A DNA stretch of 64,000 bases, taken from positions 1 through 64,000 of the IMG/VR virus record IMGVR_UViG_3300012348_000111; one strand, given 5' to 3'. Position 1 is the stretch's first letter. Every line of letters starts with the position of its first letter. The stretch is from a virus. Shown here piece after piece: positions 46,384-58,300 of this stretch. Under the pieces are notes generated by a model, which saw only the letters and a program-made list of their open reading frames with translations, was not told where the DNA came from and searched no databases. Position numbers and translations under genes: made by a program.

Positions 46384-49300
46384 TTAGCAATTATCCTTAT
46401 TCTTTTTGTTTTTATTTCTAATAGACATGAATGAATCTTGAGCTGCTTGATTGTATTCGGCAGATAGATCTAGTTGTTCAGAAACAATAGAAATAGGTGT
46501 AGTAGATTGTGTTTCAGTAGTAGCGGTATCTACTTCTTCATCTACTTTAGTTATTGTTTCACCATTAGATTTAGAAGGAGTAATATTTGGCCTACTTAAT
46601 ACGTAGTCTTTATAGAAGTTTAAGTCAGGATTAATATCTTTAACTTTTGCAAACTCTGGGTGATTTTCTCTAAAACGTTTAGTAAACTCACTTAACTTAG
46701 CTCTTTGTTCTTCTTCTGAAAGATTTGCAAAGTTTTCCAAGACAGTACTCATTGGATAAGTATAGATCTGTTCTGGGATAAGTGGTAAGTAAGAGTCAAA
46801 CTTTTTGTTTAATTGAGAACCCAATATACCAGCATAAGCAAAGTTCTTAAAGAATGTTTGCATATTTTCTATAAGTTGAGTATCTACTACTGGATCTAAT
46901 TGGGGGTGTGAATAATTAAACCCTTGATTAAACTGTTCTCTATAGAAATCTACACTGTAATCAAAAGAGTTTTGCTTTAGTCCTGTTCTTAAGAAGTTAG
47001 ATTTTTCATCTGTGTTAAAACGAACTAAATCAAAGATTCTATTTTGAGAAGTAATTTTCTTTTCAGCTAATTTCTTCTTAAGATATTCATATTGAGCTTT
47101 TAGATTTTTAGAATTTCTTTTATCTAGTAAAGATTCATATTGAATAATATTTGGAACTTCATTGATGTACATTGAATACAAGAAGTCATTCTTAAATACT
47201 CTAGATAAAGTTTCGTATTGTAAAAATTTATTTTTCTTCGCATATTGCTGATGTAGCTTAACAATACCATCTGTTACTGTTTTACTAGCTGATACAGGGA
47301 ATATCTCAACAAACTTATCTAAAACAGATGTTTGTACTTGGAATGGAGATACTACAGATTCAAAAATAACTTTATCGAATGCTTCTTCTTCAAAGAACTT
47401 TTCTTCTTTTAACTTTAATAGTTCACCGTCATTGGCTCTAAGTGATTCAAAGTTTTGAGGAGACAAAGTATCAAAGTCTGTGTTGGCAGAAAGTCTACGA
47501 ACTTTATCAGCTTGATTTTTCATTTCAAGGAAAAGACCTAATCTGTAAACATCAGAAATAACGTTTTCTTTAAATAGTCCTTTTAGAATAGTTTCAGTAT
47601 CGTACTTTTCTACAAGACCTCCTATTGTTAGGTTGATAAATTTCTTTTCTGAATATCCAAATTTACTTCTTGACTTTTGAACTATGTTTTTAATTGTTGG
47701 ATCTTGAATTTGTTCAACAATATTCATTATAGAACCAAAGTCATTTAACTTACTGTATTGAGCAATAAGAGAATCTTTACCTTTTTCTGAACTCATGTTA
47801 ACCAAGTTAACCATTGCTTCAAAAGGTGTTCCCAACATAGTAGCATAGTTGACAATAGGTGTTACTACGTTATTAAAGTTGATTAACGCAATTCTATCGT
47901 CTTTCTCAATATCTACGTGAGCACTAATCATTTGACCCTGTACAAGAGAAATAGGTTTACCTTTAGTATCTTTAGTTCCTTCAAATGTTAAGTTACCTTC
48001 TACTCTATTTGCAGGAAGAACATAGCGACTATTAGCTTGTTTGTCTACAATAGTCAATTTAGCTTTCTGTAAGATAGAATGAAGTACGTTGTTTTTAGCA
48101 TCTGTACCTAAAGCTTTCTTATATGTGTTAAGAGAGAATACATAAAGCTGATAGTTAGGATTAACTATGTTTGTGTAGTTTGCTTCGTTTGTAGGATTTT
48201 TAGTTAAACCATCAGCAGCTTTTTCTATTTCAGAAATAGAGTTAGGTGTAATTAAGTCTTCAAATATCTCTTCGTTAGTTAAACGATCAGACATATTAAA
48301 TAGAATGTTATTAGAAAATCTATTTCTTATTGCTTTTAATTCGTTTTTACTATCTGTTAACTCTTGATAGATTTCAGCCAAAGCGTCATTAGCTTCTTGA
48401 AGTCTAAAACTAAGTTTGGTTTCAGAATAATCTTGAAGAATAGAAGAAAGATTTTTAAGTTTAGCTTTTCTTTCAGCAAGTTTAGCTTTTTGATCTTTAG
48501 ATAAGTTCTTTTCAAGAATTTCTTTTCTTGATAAACCATTCTTAAACTTATCTAAAAGCATTTGCTTAGCATCCATCTCTTCATCTACTTCTACATCACC
48601 TTCAAACTTTTCAGCTCTAAGTTGTTTAAGTTGTTTGTAAACTTCGCTTACGCTTGAAATATTTTTAGATTTTAAAAACTCTTCTATTTCATTAAGAGTG
48701 TTTTGTTTTTCTTCTAAGTACTCTTTTACAATTTCTTTATTTGTTTGAATATCTAAAGCTAATTGTTTTTTGCGAGCAAACGCTTCTTTAGGTGTAAGAT
48801 TGTTTGTCATTACGCTTCCATCAGCTTCGATGAAAGGATCGTAACAGAACAACTTATCAATATCATAGTCAGAACCAGACTTAACAACCATCTCATCAGG
48901 AACTAAAATAATATCTCCTGTTTCTTCAGGTAAGAATTCTACTATTTCAAAACTTTCAATAGAGTTATATCCTTGTCCTGGAATACGAATAGCTACAATG
49001 TTTAATTGTCTTTCGTATTGTTTTCTAAAAGCAGGATCATTTAAAGCCTCATTAAGACGTTTTAAAGCAGTATGAGGATTGATGGGTTCACCTTTAGCGT
49101 TTAGTTCGCCTATAGGGCTTCCATTGTACTCTAAATTAAAAAGAGGATAGTAAAGCTTAGAGAAAGAAATCATTATTTCTGCTTTTGTTACCTTTCCGTC
49201 TTTTAAGTCATAGTACTTAAGTTTACGATCACTCATTAAAGATACAGGAAACTGTACTCTTTGAGCACCATTTACTTTTTGTCTAATAACTTTGTTTTTA

Positions 49301-52300
49301 ACAGAAGATACAATCGCACTTTCCATTACTGTTCTGTCTACTAAAGCGTCTAATAAGTATTGTAGTTTACCATCTTCTTTTATTTGAATTAAATCTTTTG
49401 TTGCTTGTGCAGCACCTTTACGGGATAATTCACCTACGATAAATTCTACAAGCTTTTCTTTATTGTCAAGTTTTTCTAAGAATTCGTTTGAATCGTATTC
49501 TACTAAGTTCTTAACGTAGTTTCTATAAAGTTCATATGCTTCTAATTCAGCATTTGTAGTTGCATCTTTGTAGATAAGTTTTCTTAACTGAGAAGAGAAT
49601 ATATTTTGGAAAGATTCTTTGTTTTCAACTATTACTTGTTCTTTAAGATATTTGATTTCAATAATACCTGGAGCACTTGGTGCAGTATCTACTTGACCAT
49701 CTTTAAATAAATCAATAGCTGGAACTGTTTCAGCAATCTTAGTTCCACTACTAAACACACCATAGTCTGCTCCTGAAGCATAAAGCTTAAATAAAATATC
49801 AGCTGCTCTAGGATTAGTTACTGCCTCTGAAGGAAGTAAAGGTTTAACTGAGTACTTATGGAAGATAGGAATAGAAGGACCAAATATAGACTGATTGTTT
49901 CCTGCATACTGAAGTTTCTTTACACTAAACTTAAATTTAGGTTTTTGGTTTAAAAGATTATCTAATTGTCTTTGAAGCATAACTGCTTCATACTGATTAG
50001 CATTCTTTAGTTGAAGATAAGTGCTCCAAATATTATTTTGGCGAGTAAACTCTTCTTCCATATCTAAAGTAATACCTGTAGACGTTGCATAGAATCTTCT
50101 AAAGAAATCCATAGTAGCTACAGACGCAGCGTCTTGTGCTTTAGAATCTTTATCTTTAGTGTAAGCGTCTCTTACTTTATCGTAAGCTGATGATTGAGCT
50201 GTTTCAGATACTACTGGATTATCATTAAATACTAAGTAAGAAAGTTTAGTAGGATCTTTAGGCAATACATTAATAGGAAGATTATTTTCTATTGCGTATT
50301 GTTGAAATGCTTTTTCTTGAGCATAAGAATCGTTTTCTACATTGTTTAAAGCAGCTACAGTAGTTCTATCCATATTGGTATATGTACCATAAGCATTCCA
50401 TGCAGACAAACGTTTCTCGATATCTTTAGCGTTTTTATAGTAGTAAGGATGATTAAAGAATAGTTTGTGTTGCTCTACACGCATTACAAAAGAATAGAAA
50501 TGATACTTAGCAAGTTGTTCGTTTGACAGATTGTATCCAGCTAAAGTGTCTTGACTTACTTCTACGTTGTTATTAAGATACTCGTTAAACTTAGAATAAA
50601 CTTCTTGAGCATAACTAAGTTTTAAGAAAGCATCTTCAAGTGTTGTGTTAGCAGGAAGTTCTTTAAGATCATTTATAAGACTTTGTTTTAAATCAGGACT
50701 GTCGATAATTTTTTCAAAGTAAGCAAGTTTTACATTTTCAAGTTTAGATTTAAATAAATTTTGATTAACCTTGCTATTTTGAGTGTCTATTTCTGATTTA
50801 AGAATAGGAAGAATGAATTGTGAAAATAAACGGAAGTCTATTCTTACTTCATTTTCTTTAGTAAAAGTGTATTCAATGTTGTCTGATTTAGCAAGACCTA
50901 AGAACTTTCTAGCTGATAGATCTAAACCAATACCTCTTGTTGTACTTTTACCTGATAGACGATTTAATTCTTCCACACCACCATTAAGTAATCCTACTAT
51001 GTCAGCATAGTGTTTCATGCTTGACAGAGAGTCAATGGTTTTTTCTCCATCAAATCCGTCTTCAATACCTAATAAGTTAACGATTTCAACTTTTCTAGGT
51101 TTACCGTTTTCAACTATTCTATTACCAGCTACATTAAAAAGATATTTTAATACCCAAGATCCTCTAGCGTTGGTATTCATTGCTTGATTCAAATGTGGTA
51201 TTTCTTTTTCTACATCTTCTAAAGTTTTATAGTTGGTACTATCATTCAAGATAGATAGAACTTTAGTCATGTAAGTATGTTGGTTAACACTCCATATTTG
51301 CTTTCCTACAGCATTATAACGCATGTCATTAGCGTATGTAGGGTTAGCATCTATTTCAAGATTTAAAAAGTAATTAACAGCACTTACTTCGGATTTAATT
51401 TTACCTGTTTCAGTTTTGTGTTCTTTACTTATTAAACCTAAAGGAGTAAGCATAGGTGTTCCTACATCAGAAAGAGATTTAAGTTTAGTTCTAATTAAAT
51501 TTAAGTTTTGAATTACTGTTTCTGGTTTTTCAGTTCTTAATGACTCCAGACCTAAAGAAGTATAGTTTAAACCTAAAGCTTGTAATTGTAAATAAACTTG
51601 ATCATAAAATCCTCTTAACGCATCAGGATCTCCTGTAGGAATGGATGGTGTCTTTTCAAACATACTAAAGAACTCTTCAGTATTTAATGCATAAGAACCA
51701 TTAGTAGTCAATACTTTAAATGGACCAGCCTCTGTATAGAAATCAGAATCTAACTGACTTCTTAATTGTACAGCATCTAATGAAAGTGCTTTAAGAACTT
51801 TAGTTTCTGTAATATTACCTTTGTCGTCTCTTTCTATTTTTACAGTAGAACCGTCTATGTAAGGCATAGTAAAGAGATTAAAGAATTGTACTTTAAATGC
51901 TAAATCTGTAATTCTTGTTATTGTATTATCAGCTTTAGGTAAGTAATCTAAGAAGGTATTAAATTGAGGAAACTTAACAGCAACTTCTTTGATTTTATTG
52001 TACATTTCATTGTACGTATTTAGTCCTGTTAATTCTCTTTGTAGAATAGTCCAGTTGCTTTCAAAATCACCAAGTAATGCAAAACCTAATACGGGATCAG
52101 TTACTTTTTCAGTTCCTTCATATCTAGGTAGTGTTCGTATAGCATTAATGATTACATCACTAGCCATATCTTTTTGAGACATTTCCTCTATAGATTTTTC
52201 AAACTCACCTATACCTTCATTCTCAGGTTCGTTAAGTACTTCATCTATAGCATTAAGAATGTTTGTAGACTTAATTTTATTGTCAAAAAGAGTAGAGTTA

Positions 52301-55300
52301 TTTTTATGAAAGTCTAAGATAGTTGCAATATTAACTATCTTTAGAGCTAAGTGATCTACTTTTTCAGCTTGATTAAAGTCATCTGGGTTCTGCTCAAGTA
52401 TTTCATATTCTTCTTGATATACAGTATCTAGATATTTTACTACGTTTTGATAGACTGTCTTTACTTGTTTAGGATTAAGAAGTACGTTTACTACACTTGC
52501 GTTGTAAGGCTTAAGGATAGCATTTGCAATATCTACAAATAAGCCATCAAACTCTTCTATTGTTTTTTGTGTTTCTGTATAAGAAAGAGCAAGAGGTTGA
52601 TCATTCTCATCTAAGATAACTAGTTTAGAAGAGTAAAGCTTTTTAAAGTAAGCGTTTTGTTCGTTACGTTTATAACGAGTAATGTTTCCTTTGTAAAGCT
52701 GATCAAAGTATTTATCTACTGTTTTTTTATCAGAGATTAAGTTAGTAATGAAGTCCCAAATCTTTTGAAAGATAGATTTAGTCTCTTTGTATTTTGCAAT
52801 CTCAGAAGGTATTGTTTGTCCTCCTGTTAAAGCATATTGACGGAAAGACTCAGCAATCTTTTCTTCAAGTTCCACAAAAGGTAAATCTCCCCATATCTTA
52901 CGTGCTTCAGAATAAAGTTTTTCTTTCTGATCACCATTAAGATATAATTGAGAAAACTCATGCCATGCTTCGTGATAAGCTTCTGCATAGTTAGCACCTT
53001 CAAATAATTGAATACCTGCTTTAGACCATATAGCATATGCTTCTGGATGAGCAATGGTAGTATCAAATATAAAAGGTGTATTCTTAAATATAGGATGACT
53101 TTCTACCCAAGCTTTAGCTGCTTCGTTTTCTTGTTTGGTTATTTTGTTAGAAAGTGTTCTAGCTCTTTTTAATGAATTAGGATCTATACCTGCGTCTTCA
53201 CCTCTACCTTTTATTTGAGAATTTGCACGTTCTATTAAACTTCTTCTTTTAGATACTGGTTTATTTTCTACTACAGGTTGAGTAGATTGTTCTAAAGCAG
53301 CTAGTTCTGCGTCGTACTTATCGTCTATCTGCTGACTTGTTAGGAACTCATTAAAACCCTGGTCAATAAATTCCGTAAACTGAATAAAACTTCCTTTAGT
53401 AAATCTTAATACTTTATTATTATTTACTTTAGTAATAATTGCTTTTCCTATCTGTGCATTACTCATACCTTTAATACGAGCTAGTTTGATAAAGTCATTA
53501 ATAGCCTTTAATCCTTTTTCATACTCTTCTTGTATTTCAGAATCAGACCAATCCTTGAATACAGAATTGGGATCTGTTTCTCTATCAATTTTAGCACTAT
53601 TAACGGTTACAATTACTCTAAGTCTTACACTGTTTGATTGTTCTTTTTGTCTTCTTGTTTCTATCTCAGCTTTAGCGTCTATAGATTGAGTAGATTCTTC
53701 TTTAGCTAAAGGATCTACAATGTTTTCTTCTACATCTTGAACAGACTTAGATGTTTCTGGTTGAGTAGGAACCATAGGTAAAGGTTGTTCAGCCTTTAAG
53801 GTTTTTTGCCAATCTTTTTTAACAGTGGCTCCAAAGTCAGAACTTAATACAAATTCTTTATATGTTTTGAACTCTTTAATAGTAGGTTGACCATTTACAA
53901 ACATAATTGCTTTGAATGGTTGTTCACTATTAAGTCTATTTGCAAATAAAGGTTTACGTATTTCTGTTTTAGATAAAAGTTCTTTTTGAGTAGACTTACC
54001 TATTACTTTAGCTTTTCCTTCTGGAGTAACAGCTTTAATATTAAGTTTATCACTATCTCTATTTTTACCAATAAAGAATTGACCTTGAGGAAAGTATCTT
54101 AATGTTTTATTTTTTCTTTCACTAAAGAAATTGTCAGCTATAAGTTCTAAAAACTCCTGCGGATCTGTAGGAAATTCTTTAGGAAGAGTTCCATTATTAA
54201 ATGCTTCAACTAGGTTAAAAAGATTACTACCCTCTACTTGAGGTAAGTCTATACGACTATAAGGATAGATAGCACCTTCTCTTTCTAGATAAACTGCTCC
54301 CTTTTCAAGAGTATATTTATTTCCAAATGGTGATTCTCTTTCTATAGTATCTGCTATATGAACATATACTTTTGATTTATCGTTTACTAAGCCAGCTAAA
54401 GGTACCGCTTTAGTCGTAGATGTTCCTTCTGTGCCAGTAATTGTAGCTAACACAGGAGTGTTGTTATTAGTAATTGCTGTTACTTGGTCTTTAGCAGGAC
54501 CTGATTTTAAAGGTGTAATTAACGGTGCTCCTGTTTCAGATGTACCTATATAACCTTCAGGAGTAAAGTAAATTACTTCTCCTTCTTTATTTGTAATTAT
54601 AGTTAGAGCTGCTCCTTGATTATTTACAGCTGCAGGGTTTTTAGCAAAAAAGTCAATAAAAGCTTGATCTACTATTTTGATACCATTAAAAGTAAATATA
54701 CTTTCTAGTTCTTTTTTCTGTTCTGCATTAAGTGGTTTCTTTTCGTTAATAAAAGATTCTACTCTTCCAAATCTTTCTTTAGATAGAATAGTTTTTAAAG
54801 TATTTAAAGGTAATTGAATTAGAATAGCAACATCAGCATTTGCACCACCTCTTATTTTATTATCTATTACTTGAACAATATTTAATGCTCTTAAATTGAA
54901 TGGGTTTTCTGTTAGTCTATCCTGTCTATCTAATTCAACAATGTTTAACTGTAAAGTATTTTTATTTACAGCTTGGGTTTTATTGTCTTCTTGTTGATTA
55001 AGTTCGTTTTTATGATTAACGTTATTCTCTTCTATTTCAGATTCTGTAGGTTTACTGTCTGAAATAGTATCTCCTTCTTCTTCTTGTTTATCAACTTTTT
55101 CTTGTTCTTTAGGTGTTAGGTTATTTTTCAAACCCATCATACGAGTTTGAAAGTCTTCTAGCATTACTACAGGAAGAAAAGAAGTTCCTTCTAAACTAAA
55201 GTTAGGCTCATTAGAATAAAGAGAATCAAAAAACTTTGTAATTGCTTTCTCTTCACCTGGAAAGAATCCTAACATTGCTGCTTCAGCTTCAGCTAAAGAT

Positions 55301-58300
55301 TCTATTTCGGGATTATTTATTAGGTAATCAAAGAAGTCTATTCTTACACCACTATTGAATTTACTAGTTTCTACTTTTCTATCTTCTTCAGATTCTAAAG
55401 GTACTAACTGATCTTCTAAAGATTCCTGAGTTCTTAATCTTTCGTTTCTAAATTGATTATAAATATCTTCATTTAATGGTCTTTCAGAAACTACTACAGT
55501 TTTTTCTTCTTTGGGTTCTTTACTTGATGCAGGAGTAAATCCTCTTTCAAAAGGTTTTTCTTCTTCAGTTGGTTTTGATTTTTCTTCTTTAGGTTCTTCT
55601 TTAGGTTCTTCTTTCTTCTCTTCTTTTTTACTTTCTTCAGTTTTAGAAAGTTCTTCTTTAATTTCTTTATCTGTAACAGGTTTGATATTAGCTTTATCTA
55701 GAATAGATTTATTAATATCTTTTATTACTGTTAAAGATTCTTCTGGAGTAAGACCTTTAGTAGAAAGTTCATAAAAATTATTAGCATATTCTCTATATGC
55801 TTCTAGTTGTGTTTTTTTGTTAGGGTCTGTTTCTTTTGATGCAGCATGTCTTTCTAACATATTACCTAACAATAAACGTTGAGCATCTGTTAAATGTTGA
55901 TGTGCATCTGCTTCTAACTGACCAGATTCTAATTCAGCTTGAGATAATTCAGCCGATGTCATTACAGCAACCTGTGCATCTTTAGTTTCTGGATTAGTTA
56001 AGTTAAATGAACCTTCAGCTATAGATTGATCTCTATCTAATTTCTTTCTTGTTTCTATTTCACTATTTATAAGATCAATTAAATCTTGTTCATAAAAATT
56101 TTGAAGTTGTGGTCCTGATGTTGGTACAAAAGGTGCGTTAATAGCTTCTTGTCTTTTAGATCCTTTATATTGTTGTAAGAAAGGTATAAAGTTTGTTTTT
56201 GCTAATTCGAGTTCAAGAAGTGTTAATTTTTCAGGAGACTCTTCTAGTAGTTGTTGAAAACCATCTAACCTATCTGCAACTGTAGCCTCTACTTCTGTTA
56301 TAAACTTATCATATTCAGCACTTATAAAGTCTTGTCTTTCATCTTCTGGAGATACTAGAACTCTATTTACAGCTGTTTGATTTAATGTGTTTACAAGCGT
56401 TGTTAGGCTATTATCTGAACTAGTGGCCGTCTTAGCTTGTTTAGCAAACATATTAGAGATAATGCCTTTCTTTTCTTGTTCAGTAAGACCTACGTATTTT
56501 TCAATTCTTTTTTTAGAATTAAGAACAACATCGCTAGCATCTGAAAGTTGTTTTTCGTAAGCTGCTATTTGTTCAGGTGTAAAAGTAGAAGTATCAATAG
56601 AAAGTAAATCTTCTATGTCTTCTACACTATTAAAGTAATTGAACTGTGCGTCTCTATCGTCTAATAGTGTAGAAATATTCTTTAAAGAGTTTATATCTGT
56701 AATAGAGTCTAATCTTGTTTTTAATCCGTTTACAGCTGCTGTTCTTTCTACAGCCTGTTCTTTGGTTAATTTACCGTTTTGAACTTGTTTGTTAATAAAC
56801 GAAAGATATTGTTCAGGATTATTAGCTATATCCCATCTGGCTTGACTTCTTCTAGAACGAGAATCAAATGCTGCTGGAACACCAGAAATAAACAATGAAG
56901 GAATAAATCCACTTACAAATGTTTCTAATCCATTCTGTAAAGTAAGATCGTTTGATTCTTCTACTGTAAAGTCTTTACTTGCAGCATACTTATCTACAAA
57001 GTAATTACCTAGTAATGAAAATTCTTCTTCTAATGATTCCTGAACTGCACCAGATAAGGTTTTTCTAATAGCTGATGGTGCTACAAGTAAAGCAGCTTTA
57101 GTTGGTGATATTGCGTTTTTGGGCAATAGTCCTAATAATACATCACGATTGTAAGTCATTCGTGAAAAGTTAGTAGGATCTAATTTACCAGCTTTCTTAA
57201 GTAACCCGTCTAAAGGACCTAAACTTCTATCGGCTTTAAAGAAATCAGTATCGGGAATTATAGTTTCTGATAAAGCTTCTACACCAGATCTAAGCAAAGC
57301 TACATTACGAGCATCTCCATCATTTTTAAAGTTGTTTCTTTCTTCTGCATAAAATCTAGGAAATGTAGTAGCGAATGTATTACCAAAAGTAGATATCCTT
57401 GGAGCTACTTCTTTTAAAAATGTTTTTTGAGCAGTAGTAGATAGTCCAGCTGACTTACTTATATTAGACCAAGAAAGATTCATTCCTCTACCTGCAGCAC
57501 CTACACCTCTACTTAACAGAATTGTTTGAGCCACATCAATAGCTATAGGAAGTGTTTGTTCAGTTGCTGCTGATAAGTTCCAATGACCTTCTCCTTTTTC
57601 ATCTACCCAATGTACATTAGATACATATATAGGATTGTCTTGAGAATCTTTAATTACTTCATTAGATTCTATTAATGAGTTTTTATTTAAATCATTTACT
57701 CTACGATACTGTGGAGGAGCAAACGATTTAGCACCTAAGTTAAATCCAAATGCACCTACTTTATCTCCTGTTAAAGCTGCTATACCTGCTACTTGATTTG
57801 TAGCATTAGAAAGCATTTGTTCACCACCTCTATATGCAATACTTTTAGCTTTTCTAAGAGGGTGTTGATACCAGCTACTTGTCGCTAAATCATTATAAAG
57901 AATTTCTGATTTTTCTTTCTTTACTTCTTCTCTATATAGTTCAGGATAAGATAGCTTGTAAAATTCTTTTTTGTCCTGAAGTGGTTCAAGCTTTTTACTT
58001 AGATCTTTAGTGAAGAGTAGGTTTTCTTCAAGCTGTTTCTTTTGGTTTAAAACATTTTGATTATTAGGATCTTTTTCAAGTTGTTGATTTACTTCAATTA
58101 AAGATTGAGATAGTTCTTGTTCTTTATTTTTAGCAGCTACACCCATTAAATTAGTGTAGTTGTAGTTTATGTTTGCTAATTCAGTAACATATTCTTTTTG
58201 AGACTGTACACCTATCTTACCTCCTATACTTTGAGTAATAGGATTTACAGACATAAATTTTGCAAAAGTACTAGAACTAAATATAGGAGAAAGTTCTAAA

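Noticed and set aside
46384-46400. terminal NC and MxC motifs as split inteins
   Set aside because: No intein blocks or penultimate His are present, and the modules are too short.
55560-55640. KEEPKEE repeat in the RNAP
   Set aside because: Low-complexity linker, not a distinct element.
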